A stretch of 64,000 nucleotides of DNA from Candidatus Helarchaeota archaeon (GCA_019058315.1 JAHPZH010000002.1:909910-973909), one strand, 5' to 3'. Numbered from the stretch's first letter, positions 1 to 10,496 are shown. Translations and numbers: made by a program. The notes: generated from the sequence alone by a model not told the origin.

Positions 1-10
1 TGAACTAGGA

Positions 11-460
11 ATGAAATTAAATAATGCAAATTTTTTAAAGAAATCCATTGATTTTTATAAAAAATCTGCAAAATACAGGAACTTCGAAAATTTCCCTGCT
101 GAATATGCATCAACTCAAAATAATCTTGGATTAGTTTATTTAATCCTTGCTAATAGTCGAGATAAAGAAGAAAATTGTAAAAAAGCAATAAATTCTTATG
201 AAGAGGCTCTGAAATTTTATAAATTAAATAGATTTCCAGATAAATTTGGCTCAATTAATAATAATATTGGAATAAGCTGTCTTATATTAATAGAATTAAG
301 TAAATCTGAAAAATATTGTAAAAAAGGAATGAAAGCTTTTAATTTTGCACTTGAATTTTATAAAAAAGAGTTATATCCTGAGCAATATGAGGGTATAATA
401 AAAAACCTAAAAAAAATTGAAAGATTGTGTGGTAAAAATAAACTTGTTAATGAAACATAA
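11..460 (+). CDS. TPR-repeat protein, C-terminal part (probably starts upstream of the window)
   Basis: Repeated 'YASTQNNLGLVY...AINSYEEAL' and 'FGSINNNIG' TPR units. Confidence 0.75.
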   Translation: MKLNNANFLKKSIDFYKKSAKYRNFENFPAEYASTQNNLGLVYLILANSRDKEENCKKAINSYEEALKFYKLNRFPDKFGSINNNIGISCLILIELSKSEKYCKKGMKAFNFALEFYKKELYPEQYEGIIKNLKKIERLCGKNKLVNET

Positions 461-477
461 GGGAAGTTAAGTCCAAA
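450..477 (+). repeat. dif/Xer-like site A (11-6-11): ATGAAACATAA GGGAAG TTAAGTCCAAA
   Basis: TTAATGAAAYATAAGGGAAGTTA (447-469) recurs at 4178-4200 with 1 mismatch; TAA-N6-TTA geometry. Confidence 0.55.
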
Positions 478-522
478 AATAGGAATATAATGAAATAAAT
501 GAAAAAATCAATTAGAAAAAGT

Positions 523-1419
523 CTAACTAACTTCTAAAAAGTCAGTTATTTTACTTTTCTTCAGACCCTTAGTTTTTGTGCCCCATATCGAATCTAAATC
601 AGGTGTAAATCGATAATATTCTTTATATTTTGATATATCATCGCCTTTTCGTATATTTTTTATTCGTTTTTTAATAATTTCTATGTTCTTTTGACTCTTT
701 TCGATGCCAATACTTCTTCTATTTAATTGCATTGCAACAATATTAGTCGTTCCTGTTCCTGTAAAGGGATCAAAGACTAAATCTCCAACCTTGGTCGAAG
801 ATAAAATAATTCTCAATAGTAAAGCGACCGGTGCTTGTTGTTTATGAAGTCGTTCGTTTGTATTGGGGTGTCTTAAAGCTTCATCACCTGCAAAATAACC
901 TGATGTTAATTCTCTTATATCAATCCATACATCAGTTACATAAAGACCATTTTCTCTTGGCTTTTTTTCATTTGCCATTAATGGAAGATCAATTCTTAAT
1001 CTATTAAAGGTCGCAGGTTTATCTCCTTTTGTGGCAAATCCAATTACTTGAAATTGTTTTCCATATCTATAAGATTGCGGAACAGCAGATGTCTTTTTTC
1101 TCCAAATTATTAAATTTTGAAACGTCCATCCAGAATCTCTTAAGGCTCTTAAAACAAATTCAGCATTTTTTTCTCTTTGCATGAAATATATTGATCCACC
1201 TTCCGAAGTGCAATCATAAATTAATTTACAAATTTCAGTCATCCATTCCCAATATTCCTCCGGGTTCATATCATCCATATGATTTTCATATGCTTTTTGT
1301 TGATTAAAAGGAGGATCTAAAAAACTTAAAGTAATTGGAGATAATTTTTCATCTTTAGAAATTTTAGATTTAAGAATTTCTTTACAATCGTCTTCAAAGA
1401 TAATCGGATCGAATTCCAT
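523..1419 (-). CDS. Site-specific DNA methyltransferase (N4-C/N6-A, beta class)
   Basis: Catalytic DPPF motif N-terminal, SAM-binding DPFTGTGTT C-terminal, HxxQxP motif. Confidence 0.92.
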   Translation of the reverse strand: MEFDPIIFEDDCKEILKSKISKDEKLSPITLSFLDPPFNQQKAYENHMDDMNPEEYWEWMTEICKLIYDCTSEGGSIYFMQREKNAEFVLRALRDSGWTFQNLIIWRKKTSAVPQSYRYGKQFQVIGFATKGDKPATFNRLRIDLPLMANEKKPRENGLYVTDVWIDIRELTSGYFAGDEALRHPNTNERLHKQQAPVALLLRIILSSTKVGDLVFDPFTGTGTTNIVAMQLNRRSIGIEKSQKNIEIIKKRIKNIRKGDDISKYKEYYRFTPDLDSIWGTKTKGLKKSKITDFLEVS

Positions 1420-1530
1420 ATTTTATCTACTCAAAAAATAATCTATCCAAAGAACCTTTATGTAATAATATTAATAAAATTGATTATAAAGTTCTATAAT
1501 TTTTGTCAAATGTGATTCTGTGGGAGAAGC

Positions 1531-3030
1531 ATGAGAGATTTTGAATTAAGTGAAAATATCATTGATTTAATATTAGATGAATTAAAAAGGGCGGAAAAAT
1601 TTATTAAAATTGCAGTTTTTCAACTCCATAATGAAGAAATTTTTAATATAATTAATGATAAATTGAAAAAAGGGTTAGAAATAGAGATTTTCACACTTCC
1701 TTATGATTCTATTCATCAAAATATAGAGAAAATTCAGAAATTATTTGAAGGGATAATAAAAAATGGAGCAAAAGTATATTTTTGTAAGTGGAATGTAGGG
1801 GATCCAGAAAGAACTACAACCGCTGTAGGAGTTTGGTATTCTTTTCATGGAAAGTTTTTGGTGACAGATAAGATTGCTATTGCCTTTTCAGCAAACTTGA
1901 CCGAAAATAGCGAACTAGACGTTTTAATCTCGTTTAAAAATGAAAAAGATAAAATTGATGAATTTTCCAGAAAATTTGATTATTTGAGAGAATTATTTAT
2001 TGATCCCACTGGTTCATATTCAGGAAAAATTCGGCAAATTGTTACTTCTAAAGAAGTTGAAAATGTTGATGAATTATTTGAGTTGCCTCCCTCTATTAAA
2101 AATGAAGGTTTGACGGATTTTTGGATTCAACATTATCCCTCAGAAATATGTCCAGAAGAAATAGATATTGAAGAAAAGCTATATATTGCACCGTTTGATT
2201 GTAAAGCACGAAATTTTATTACAAAATTATTGAATGAAGCGAAATCTTTTGCTTATATCTGTATTGAAACATTTACTGATTCTGATATCCCTGATGAATT
2301 GAAAAAAATTAGTCTAAAAGGAATTGATATTAGAATAATCTCTGGAAGCGAAAGTATGGATTTCCAAGATAGAATTAATGAAAATTTTAAGGAACTTATT
2401 GCTTCCGATGTCAAAATGAAAACCATTATAGGATACGTTCATGGGAAAATGATTATAACTGATAAACATCTAATGGTTAGTTCTATTAATTTTAATAAAA
2501 TGAATCTTGGATTTGATAAAACAAAAAAATTTTGGAGGGCAAATACAGAAACTCTTCTTGTTTGTTCAGATGAAAAATTAATTGAAAAAGCAAAACAGGA
2601 TTACATAGCTTGTTATGATAAAGGAATTAAAATCGAAAGGAAATTAGCAGAAAAAATTGAAAAGAAAGTAGGAAATATATTTACAACTATTTTTCAACTT
2701 AAAACTAGAAAAGAAGTAAAGGAACTTTTCTCAAGGTTAATTATTGCAAAAGATATCGAAGAAAAGAAATTTATTTTAACAATTGGGAAAATTACAGCAA
2801 AGATTATGAAACATTTTGGAAAAAATATGGTTCAAAAAGAAGATTTTCTATTATCTCTGATATTATTCTATCTTTCAGAAAGAAAACACGACATAGATCA
2901 ACTTAAAGAAAAATTAGAAATTCTAGAAACAGATTTTAATCTGAATAAACTATTAAATATTCTTATAAAAAATGATTTCATAGAGAAAGAGGGAGATCAT
3001 TTTAAATTAAATGTTGGAAAACTATTCTAA
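1531..3030 (+). CDS. Double phospholipase-D (HKD) domain protein with C-terminal winged helix; putative restriction nuclease
   Basis: Two intact HxK(x4)D motifs (FHGKFLVTD, VHGKMIITD); divergent from the methylase. Confidence 0.75.
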   Translation: MRDFELSENIIDLILDELKRAEKFIKIAVFQLHNEEIFNIINDKLKKGLEIEIFTLPYDSIHQNIEKIQKLFEGIIKNGAKVYFCKWNVGDPERTTTAVGVWYSFHGKFLVTDKIAIAFSANLTENSELDVLISFKNEKDKIDEFSRKFDYLRELFIDPTGSYSGKIRQIVTSKEVENVDELFELPPSIKNEGLTDFWIQHYPSEICPEEIDIEEKLYIAPFDCKARNFITKLLNEAKSFAYICIETFTDSDIPDELKKISLKGIDIRIISGSESMDFQDRINENFKELIASDVKMKTIIGYVHGKMIITDKHLMVSSINFNKMNLGFDKTKKFWRANTETLLVCSDEKLIEKAKQDYIACYDKGIKIERKLAEKIEKKVGNIFTTIFQLKTRKEVKELFSRLIIAKDIEEKKFILTIGKITAKIMKHFGKNMVQKEDFLLSLILFYLSERKHDIDQLKEKLEILETDFNLNKLLNILIKNDFIEKEGDHFKLNVGKLF

Positions 3031-3088
3031 TTTGAATCTTTTTATTTTAAAAATATCACCAAATAAAAAAAACTTGGAAAATTATTCA

Positions 3089-3871
3089 TTAGGGAAGAAT
3101 TTTATATATTATCAATTTTTTTGATTTTTTTTGAAGATTAAACTCATTCTGTAATTGTTCAACATTCTCTTTTATAATAAAATCAAGGATTTTTATTTTA
3201 AAACCGGGTTCAATCTCGTAGAATTCCATGCAATCCTCTTTTAATATATTTCCAGTATTATTTAATATTTTAATTTGTAAAGACATTCCAAAAAATGTAC
3301 ATTCCCCATAGCAGCAGTTAGGAATAGGGTCTTTATTTTTAAATTTACATTTTTCAATGCAATATAAGTGCAATTCTGAGTTATAATCTTCATTAGGTAA
3401 ATTACACTTTTCTCCACCACTTTCCGGATGACAACTGAGACAATCAGGGTATTCCTCACACGTTCTAAAATCCCAAAAAAGGCTTCCGAAGAATTCTTTT
3501 AATTCTGAAGTTGAATAATCCTTTGGATCGAAAAAATCAAACTCAAACCATAACTCTTCTTTTCTAATTTGTGCAAGATTTTTTAATTCCTCTCTATCAT
3601 AAGTTACTAAAAAATCAATATCTCCGCATTTACTTTCTTTTTCAGCATAACTTCCAAAAATATAAAGTTCCTTTAAGATAGAACCATATTCAGAAGCCAA
3701 TAATCCTTTAAAATTTTTGATAACCTTTTTTTCTAACGGAATAAAAAAATCACGATCAAATTTAATATTTTCACATTCAGGACATTTATGGACTTCTTGT
3801 AATCCTGAATATTTATCTCCTCTTCCGCACCTTTTACATAGTCCAATCTTAGGTATTTTCATCACAACCAT
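3089..3871 (-). CDS. Cys-rich minimal nucleotidyltransferase (MNT/Pol-beta fold) with N-terminal Zn ribbon
   Basis: YIFGSYA...GDIDFLV (GS/DxD); CxxC pairs at the N-terminus and many Cys in the C-half. Confidence 0.75.
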   Translation of the reverse strand: MVVMKIPKIGLCKRCGRGDKYSGLQEVHKCPECENIKFDRDFFIPLEKKVIKNFKGLLASEYGSILKELYIFGSYAEKESKCGDIDFLVTYDREELKNLAQIRKEELWFEFDFFDPKDYSTSELKEFFGSLFWDFRTCEEYPDCLSCHPESGGEKCNLPNEDYNSELHLYCIEKCKFKNKDPIPNCCYGECTFFGMSLQIKILNNTGNILKEDCMEFYEIEPGFKIKILDFIIKENVEQLQNEFNLQKKSKKLIIYKILP

Positions 3872-4180
3872 AACTAATTATTCAATAATTGAATTAGAAT
3901 TTAGTGAAATTTGACCCCAAATAATTTGAAAATAAAAGTCATAAGACTAAATAAATTAATAAATAAGTTTCTAATAATACTTAACCCTTTTTCCATATTA
4001 ATTTTATATTTATAAATTATGAAGTGAATTTTCTTAAGTTCATTGTTTATATGGACTTATCTCCGCAAATTTAGAAATCGATATTCTATTAATTCTTATA
4101 ATATTCATTATTCTTCAATTTCAAAAAATAGTTAAATGTTTAAAAAAACTATTTTTTTGAAAAAGTTATATTATGAATTA

Positions 4181-4208
4181 ATGAAATATAAGGGAAGTTA
4201 TGTTCTAT
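4181..4208 (+). repeat. dif/Xer-like site B: ATGAAATATAA GGGAAG TTATGTTCTAT
   Basis: Direct repeat of site A with identical 6-bp spacer; right arm starts TTATGTT like the bacterial XerD arm. Confidence 0.55.
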
Positions 4209-4247
4209 TCATTAAAGTCAATATAAATAAATTGATATTTTTTTAAA

Positions 4248-4940
4248 TTATTCTTGATGATAAATTCTATGACACTTTTTACACGTAGGAACACAATTCA
4301 ATGGGTCCAAACATCGTTCAGGATAAACTTTTGGGCTTGCTATATGGTGTACTGTGCTAGCTGGTTTTTCACAATAATGACAAAATCTATTTTCACGTAA
4401 AAATTCAATTCTAAAATCCATCCATAATTTTGACCTATAAAAGTCCTCTGGGAATTCTTTAAGTCCAATTTTTTCACCGTTTTTATAAACTAATTTCTGA
4501 TTTTCATATATCTTACTTTCATTAATACCAATTATTAATTGCAGATCATCCAATATTTCTAAAATATCATCATCATTACGTAAATCTTCATCAGCAGCAA
4601 TCTTTTTTTCTAAATCATTAAGCTCAGATTCTTTCATTTCAGGTATCCCAAGAAGAGAAGTTAAGGCTAATATTTTATAATCAATTAATGGATAATTTTC
4701 AAACGCAAAAATGTAATATTTCTTAGCGACTTCAAATTCCCCAAATTCATTTCCATATAAATCTCCTAAGTCCATTGCAATATGAGGATCTGAAAATTCC
4801 TTAAACCCTTTTTCTAAAAGGTCTTTTGCTTCAGTAAATCTCTCAGAGTTTATTAATTCTCTTGCAGGATAAACATACTTCTCATTAATTTCTCTCCATG
4901 AGGCTTTTCTCCCACTCATAATAATAGAACCACCTTCCAT
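4248..4940 (-). CDS. TPR-like N-terminus plus C-terminal HNH endonuclease
   Basis: CHYC...TVHHI...NCVPTCKKCHRIYH. Confidence 0.8.
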   Translation of the reverse strand: MEGGSIIMSGRKASWREINEKYVYPARELINSERFTEAKDLLEKGFKEFSDPHIAMDLGDLYGNEFGEFEVAKKYYIFAFENYPLIDYKILALTSLLGIPEMKESELNDLEKKIAADEDLRNDDDILEILDDLQLIIGINESKIYENQKLVYKNGEKIGLKEFPEDFYRSKLWMDFRIEFLRENRFCHYCEKPASTVHHIASPKVYPERCLDPLNCVPTCKKCHRIYHQE

Positions 4941-4944
4941 AATT

Positions 4945-5460
4945 TTAACTTGGAATGATATTATAAATCCAAGTTATGATATTGAGAACTTTTTTAAATA
5001 TTATAATAGAATCTTCGGAAGAGAACCGTTTTTGGCCGTGCATTGCATCATTTCTAAGTTCTCGCAACTCATCTAATTGGTCTAAGAAATTTGAAGGATA
5101 ATTTACATTTTCTAGTTCATCGATACATTCTCCAATATTTCTTAAATCTTTATTGATTTTTAAATCTGCGTTAATATGAGTTTTTAATTCATTTTCAAAA
5201 ATTCTTGCACTCATTAAAACCGAAGCTGTCCATAAATTGCATGCAAGACATCGCAAATTTTCATTTATATCTTTTTTTAAAAAATTCGTCATATTTTCAA
5301 TTAATATTTCTGGAAAAAAATTCTGTATTTTTGATTTTTTTGATTTAATATCTGAATGATTTAAGTTATTAATATTTGAAATAATCATTTGAAGACAATT
5401 ATCACAATAATATACTCTTAAATAAATAGGATTTGAACAATTCTGGCAATAATTTAGCAT
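4945..5460 (-). CDS. HEPN/DUF4145-like protein with N-terminal Zn finger
   Basis: RNDAMH (Rx4H); 'ASVLMSARIFE' helix; two CxxC at the N-terminus. Confidence 0.7.
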   Translation of the reverse strand: MLNYCQNCSNPIYLRVYYCDNCLQMIISNINNLNHSDIKSKKSKIQNFFPEILIENMTNFLKKDINENLRCLACNLWTASVLMSARIFENELKTHINADLKINKDLRNIGECIDELENVNYPSNFLDQLDELRELRNDAMHGQKRFSSEDSIIIFKKVLNIITWIYNIIPS

Positions 5461-5549
5461 TTTATCCCCCCGAAACCTTTATTTTTACCAGTTTTGTCTA
5501 TATATAACTGGATTTTTGAAGTGGCTTTTTTAGTCATCTTTTTACCCAA
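5454..5549 (-). CDS. Small 31-aa ORF (MGKKMTKKATSKIQLYIDKTGKNKGFGGIKC), not in the ORF track
   Basis: TTG start preceded by GGAGGT; fills the gap in the operon and overlaps the next start. Confidence 0.4.
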   Translation of the reverse strand: MGKKMTKKATSKIQLYIDKTGKNKGFGGIKC

Positions 5550-5565
5550 AATTTTTACCTCCAAA

Positions 5566-6489
5566 TCATTCCTTTACTCGTTTTTTAAAAATACACTCAT
5601 AACCTTCTGGTTTTAATTTATCGGGTTGTATTGAAGTTATTCCAAAATAAGATTGGTTATATTTTGAATACCAATTGAATCTGGGGTAAGATCTCTCACT
5701 AGGAAAATCTTTTTCTCTTATTGTTACTAATTCCCATCCGTTTTCTCCAAAATAATTTAAAATATCAACAAGCTCCAAAGAAGCAATTTCATCCTCGTTA
5801 TTTCCCTCATATAAATAATTCCAACCATCACCTTCTAAATCATCAAATTCATAATAAATTAAAAAATCATATAATGAATTGGGATCTAAACTTTTTTGTA
5901 CATAATCAACGATGAAATAATTAGGTTCCCCCTTCGAATTTTTTTCATAATCAATTCTTTTAATAATATTTACTTTTTTATATTTCCAAACTTCCGGAAT
6001 CTCACTTTTAGTTTTCTTTTTTGCTTTTCCCTTCTTTGAAGGAAGTTTAATTTTTCCCTTATTACAGTTATTACAAATTGAAATATAATTTAAATAATTT
6101 AATGGATTTCTAGAATTGGGATTAATTTGCCTTATATTCAGTTTATCTTGTGGAAATGTTTTTTTACAAAACTGACATTGATTATTATCCTTGAAAAATA
6201 TAATTTCTTTAATTTTAGGTTTTAATACCATTGTTTTTGGGCGTTTTTTAATAATTTGGAAATAATCATTCTCATATCTAATAATCCGTTGAGTTATTGC
6301 GTTTTGATCAATTTTTAGTTCATCTGCAATATCAGATATTGTTAGTGATTGAAAATTTTTTCTTATAAATACATAGATAATTTCTTTTATTGATTTTGGA
6401 ATCTTTTTTACATTAGACATTTTTATTCTATTATTTGTAAGATAGAACACTCTTATATATCTTTTGTTATTTTGTACATGACATTTCAC
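5566..6489 (-). CDS. HTH + degenerate HNH + DUF4177-like domain protein
   Basis: 'LTISDIADEL' HTH; CQFC...NYISICNNCN with the first His missing; 'LNYFGENGWELV' motif. Confidence 0.6.
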   Translation of the reverse strand: MKCHVQNNKRYIRVFYLTNNRIKMSNVKKIPKSIKEIIYVFIRKNFQSLTISDIADELKIDQNAITQRIIRYENDYFQIIKKRPKTMVLKPKIKEIIFFKDNNQCQFCKKTFPQDKLNIRQINPNSRNPLNYLNYISICNNCNKGKIKLPSKKGKAKKKTKSEIPEVWKYKKVNIIKRIDYEKNSKGEPNYFIVDYVQKSLDPNSLYDFLIYYEFDDLEGDGWNYLYEGNNEDEIASLELVDILNYFGENGWELVTIREKDFPSERSYPRFNWYSKYNQSYFGITSIQPDKLKPEGYECIFKKRVKE

Positions 6490-6518
6490 ATTGAGATATA
6501 CCTAATCTATATTCCAAA

Positions 6519-6546
6519 CAAAAACGTATGAGAAGTTATATTACAT
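6519..6546 (+). repeat. Possible degenerate dif-like site C: CAAAAACGTAT GAGAAG TTATATTACAT
   Basis: Spacer differs by 1 base from sites A/B; right arm TTATATT. Confidence 0.3.
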
Positions 6547-7051
6547 TCTAAATCATCATTATATTTATGCTAGAATTCATATATCAAAACGATTTTGAAA
6601 AATAACACAATAATAAATTGTTATTGATTTCATCTGGATCTAAAAACTCTTCAATTCAGTTTTTACTTAATTATTATTGAAATCTTATCTTATGGATCAA
6701 TGATACATTATATGGCGCCAAATGAAGTTCATTATTAATTGTTTAATATCTTAACAAAGTTTAAGTAGAACTCATTGAAATAAATTATTTTATTAATTAT
6801 TCTTTATACATCTTCTCTAATTTCTTATTTCACAAAAAAAATTAATAAAATAATTAATAACGTCCCAATCAAAAAGATTTTAATATTTATTTTTATTATT
6901 ATATTTTAAAGGTCTGGTTTTGTAATAAAAAAGAAGAGGAAAAATAAAAAGTCTATATTAAGAAACTTTTTGAAAAGAATATAAAATAGGGAATATACAA
7001 TAATAAACCATTATTTCTATTCCATTTTTTTTATTTATTTTTCTAATCTTA

Positions 7052-10000
7052 TTGAATATTTGTGTGATAATTATGGAAAAAACAACAAGATATTGGAAAA
7101 ACAGATATAAAGTTATCAAAGAAATAAAAATTTCGGGATCTATTCCTTTTAATGAAAAAATTGAAATTCGGCAATTTATATGTGAAGATCTACTATTAAA
7201 ACAAGAAGTTATACTTAAAAAAATTAAAATAAATGAAAACGAAGAACTTAAGGAATTAGCAAGATTCTTATGGCATTATGAAATGTCATTGAATCAAAAG
7301 GCCATAAATAATTCAGATGGCAAAACATTATTGAAATTAATAGATTCGCAATATGATCCTATAGAAAATTATTTCATTATCGTAACTGATTTTGGGGGGA
7401 TTTCTTTGAAGGAATGTTTAACTCAAACCGAACAAACTGATGATAGCATATCTTTTCAAAATTTTTTATCAGGAAAGAAAAGAAAATGGGATTCGATCCT
7501 TAAGTTAGTAGAAGGCTTATCATCATTACATAATTCTGGATTAATTCACCGAAATATATCTTTAGAAACAATTTACTTTAATAGTAATTCTTATAGAGAA
7601 GGGGAAAAGGAAGTATTAAAAATTGGGGATTTTAATTGGAGTATTTATTTGTATTCAATTGCAAATATATTCTCTAATAAGTTTTCAATTGAAATAATCC
7701 AATGTAAAAATGATTTCTTTCGAGCACCTGAATGTAATACTGATATTGTATTAAAAAATCCAGTACCTCGTGGTGAAAATAATCAATCAGATCTTTTTTC
7801 GCTGGGACTTGTTTTAGCTTTTTTATTAACTGATTTGGACATAAACAAATACAAAATATCTGAAAATTCAGACAAAATTCAAATTCTTTTAGAGATTCGA
7901 GATTATATTAAGAATTATAAAAGATTTTTAGAACAAGAGAGAGAAATAATATTAAAATTGATCGAAATAGAACCGGAGAAAAGGTTCTTAAATGCTGAGA
8001 AATTAAAAGAGAATATTAAAAACTTTTTAAGAGAATTAAAATACAAATTTAGCTACTATAAAGAATTACCTATATACTTTCCCTTAAGTAGACAGAGTAG
8101 ATTATTAGAAATAATTTCAAATAGAATGAATATAGGTATTGATGCTATTATTCGGGATCCAGATGAATTTTTAAGAATTGAATTTTCTAATACAACATTT
8201 TACTTATCAAAAGATCAACAATTTCCATTATGGGTCAAAGGAAAAACTGGAACTGTATATAAAATTAGGAGTATTTATAGAAGACCCAAATTAGCAGAAC
8301 TTTTCATAGTAAGATGGAAAGAATATGATTTTGAAAAAACAGACATTCAAATATGCAATACAAAAAATCTTTTTTGGAGAGATAAAGATAGTAATGATCC
8401 AATCTATTTAGGTTGGGAAAAAATATTCGCAACATCCTTGGATCTAATTAACGAGAAAGTTGCGGAATTATCTGAGGGGGATAAAGATAAAGAAAGATGG
8501 CTCGAAACTATAGAAATTGTCACTGATGCTGAAATAGATTTAGAAGAGAAAAAAATATTTGATTATCAATTAATCAGTTCAGAGCAGGAAAAAAAGTTAG
8601 AAGAAGAATACAAAATAAAAATTGCTATTTCAAATTTAGCTGATGAGGAATTATTTTCTGATCCGAGTGGAGATTTCAGAGGAACTAGCTTGGAATTAGT
8701 TTTAGAAAGAAATATTTTTGAACCATTTAAAGAAAAGAGAAAATGGAAAATAAGTAGTAGTGAATATGATGAAAATATAGATACAACAGTTTTTACATTG
8801 GTTAGAACAAAAAAGGGGGAAGATCCTCCATTAAATGGATTTATAAGAATGTGGGAATTAAAAAATACAGCTCCACTTCTTAGAAGAAAATATGGAATTA
8901 TTCAAAATTTAGAAAAACACGAATTACTTTTAAATTCGATTTTAAAACCAGCCTCAACTCATAAATACTTCGAAAGGGATATTATTAAAAAAGAAATCGT
9001 AACGGATATATTCAATACATTTCCGATTTTTTTATTACAAGGTCCTCCTGGCACAGGAAAAACTTGGACTGCAAAAGAATTAATAAAAGTAACTTTAGAA
9101 AATGATCCTTATGCTAAAATTCTTGTTACAAGTAAAGAGCATTTCCCACTGGATGATTTATTGACAAAAACATTAAAAATGATTCAAGATCTAGAAATAA
9201 AACCCAAACCAATGCTAATCAGGCTTATTTCAACTGAACGAGAGCAATTTTATGATCCAAAATCATTAATTTTTTTACATTTTAATAAAATAATTGCTAA
9301 AAATCTTCTAGAAAAACTTATAAAATGGGTTCCCAAAAATCCCAAGTTAAATGAGTTAGGAAAAGAATTAAATAAAATTGCTAGGGAAGATTTTGAATCG
9401 CCCAGTAGAGAATGGATAGAATTAGTAAAACAGAGTTCTAATATCCTCTTTTGTACTACCACTGCTCGAGAACTTCAAGAACTCGAATATTTTCATCCTT
9501 CATTTGATTTGGTAATTATTGAGGAATCTGGAAAGGCATATCCATCAGAATTATTATTTCCATTACAATTGGGAAATAAATGGGTTTTGATTGGAGATCA
9601 AAATCAATTACCTCCTTTTAGAGTTGATGATATAAACGAAATTCTTGAAGAGCGATTGGAAAAAAAGGAAAATGAGGTAAAAGGTTTACCTAATTATAGT
9701 TCTCAAGATTTTCTCGAATTTAAACAAGATGTTAAAAAAGAAATGAAGATTTTTCAATCTATGTTTGACCGATTTCAGAAGGTTAATCATTCCTTTAATA
9801 AAGCTGATCAAATAAAGTCTTGTGATACACTAATAAATCAATATCGCTTACCTTCAAAAATAAGTAGAATGATTTCTACAATTTTTTATAATAAAGAATT
9901 TATTCAGAAAATCAAAGATCCAGAACTAGGAAGTTTCATTATTGAACCCGAAATTTTAAAAGATGAACAATTGATATGGATTAATACATCTTATAAAAAA

Positions 10001-10495
10001 GAATATAAAGAGCAAAGAAGCGGTTATGATATATATAATATTGGAGAGGCACTTTTAATTAAAGATTTATTAACAAAAATACAAATATCGGAAAATAATG
10101 GGAATTTTTCAATTGCGATATTGACTCCCTATAAAGAACAACTTCAAACCCTCATCAAAACACTTCCAAATCAATTAAATAATCTGAAAAATATTAAAAT
10201 TCGTGAAAGTTGTTATACTATCGATAGCTTTCAAGGTCGAGAAGCAGATTTAGTAATTATATCTTTAGTTAGGAATAATCGAAAAGAAAGTTCTAGACGC
10301 GCTTGGGGTTTTATACCTGGACCAGAGAGATTAAATGTGATGCTTTCAAGGGCAAGAAGAACTGAAATTATTGTTGGAAATTTCGATATGTGCCGAACTT
10401 TCCACCGAGATGACTATATGACGAAATTTAATAAAGTAGCAAAATTTGTAAAAAATTATGGTAAATTGTTAACTCCAAAGGAGGTGCTAGAATAA
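7052..10495 (+). CDS. Ser/Thr kinase-like domain fused to UPF1/DNA2-like SF1 helicase (MkoA-like); likely start ATG 7073
   Basis: Kinase: HRN, DFN, APE, SDLFSLG. Helicase: GPPGTGKT, IEESGKA, IGDQNQLPP, QYRL, TPYKEQ, TIDSFQGREAD, RLNVMLSRAR. Confidence 0.88.
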   Translation: MNICVIIMEKTTRYWKNRYKVIKEIKISGSIPFNEKIEIRQFICEDLLLKQEVILKKIKINENEELKELARFLWHYEMSLNQKAINNSDGKTLLKLIDSQYDPIENYFIIVTDFGGISLKECLTQTEQTDDSISFQNFLSGKKRKWDSILKLVEGLSSLHNSGLIHRNISLETIYFNSNSYREGEKEVLKIGDFNWSIYLYSIANIFSNKFSIEIIQCKNDFFRAPECNTDIVLKNPVPRGENNQSDLFSLGLVLAFLLTDLDINKYKISENSDKIQILLEIRDYIKNYKRFLEQEREIILKLIEIEPEKRFLNAEKLKENIKNFLRELKYKFSYYKELPIYFPLSRQSRLLEIISNRMNIGIDAIIRDPDEFLRIEFSNTTFYLSKDQQFPLWVKGKTGTVYKIRSIYRRPKLAELFIVRWKEYDFEKTDIQICNTKNLFWRDKDSNDPIYLGWEKIFATSLDLINEKVAELSEGDKDKERWLETIEIVTDAEIDLEEKKIFDYQLISSEQEKKLEEEYKIKIAISNLADEELFSDPSGDFRGTSLELVLERNIFEPFKEKRKWKISSSEYDENIDTTVFTLVRTKKGEDPPLNGFIRMWELKNTAPLLRRKYGIIQNLEKHELLLNSILKPASTHKYFERDIIKKEIVTDIFNTFPIFLLQGPPGTGKTWTAKELIKVTLENDPYAKILVTSKEHFPLDDLLTKTLKMIQDLEIKPKPMLIRLISTEREQFYDPKSLIFLHFNKIIAKNLLEKLIKWVPKNPKLNELGKELNKIAREDFESPSREWIELVKQSSNILFCTTTARELQELEYFHPSFDLVIIEESGKAYPSELLFPLQLGNKWVLIGDQNQLPPFRVDDINEILEERLEKKENEVKGLPNYSSQDFLEFKQDVKKEMKIFQSMFDRFQKVNHSFNKADQIKSCDTLINQYRLPSKISRMISTIFYNKEFIQKIKDPELGSFIIEPEILKDEQLIWINTSYKKEYKEQRSGYDIYNIGEALLIKDLLTKIQISENNGNFSIAILTPYKEQLQTLIKTLPNQLNNLKNIKIRESCYTIDSFQGREADLVIISLVRNNRKESSRRAWGFIPGPERLNVMLSRARRTEIIVGNFDMCRTFHRDDYMTKFNKVAKFVKNYGKLLTPKEVLE

Positions 10496-10496
10496 A

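Noticed and set aside
4041-4075. Inverted partial match to dif-like site A (GCGGAGATAAGTCCA on the minus strand)
   Set aside because: Only one arm is similar; insufficient support.
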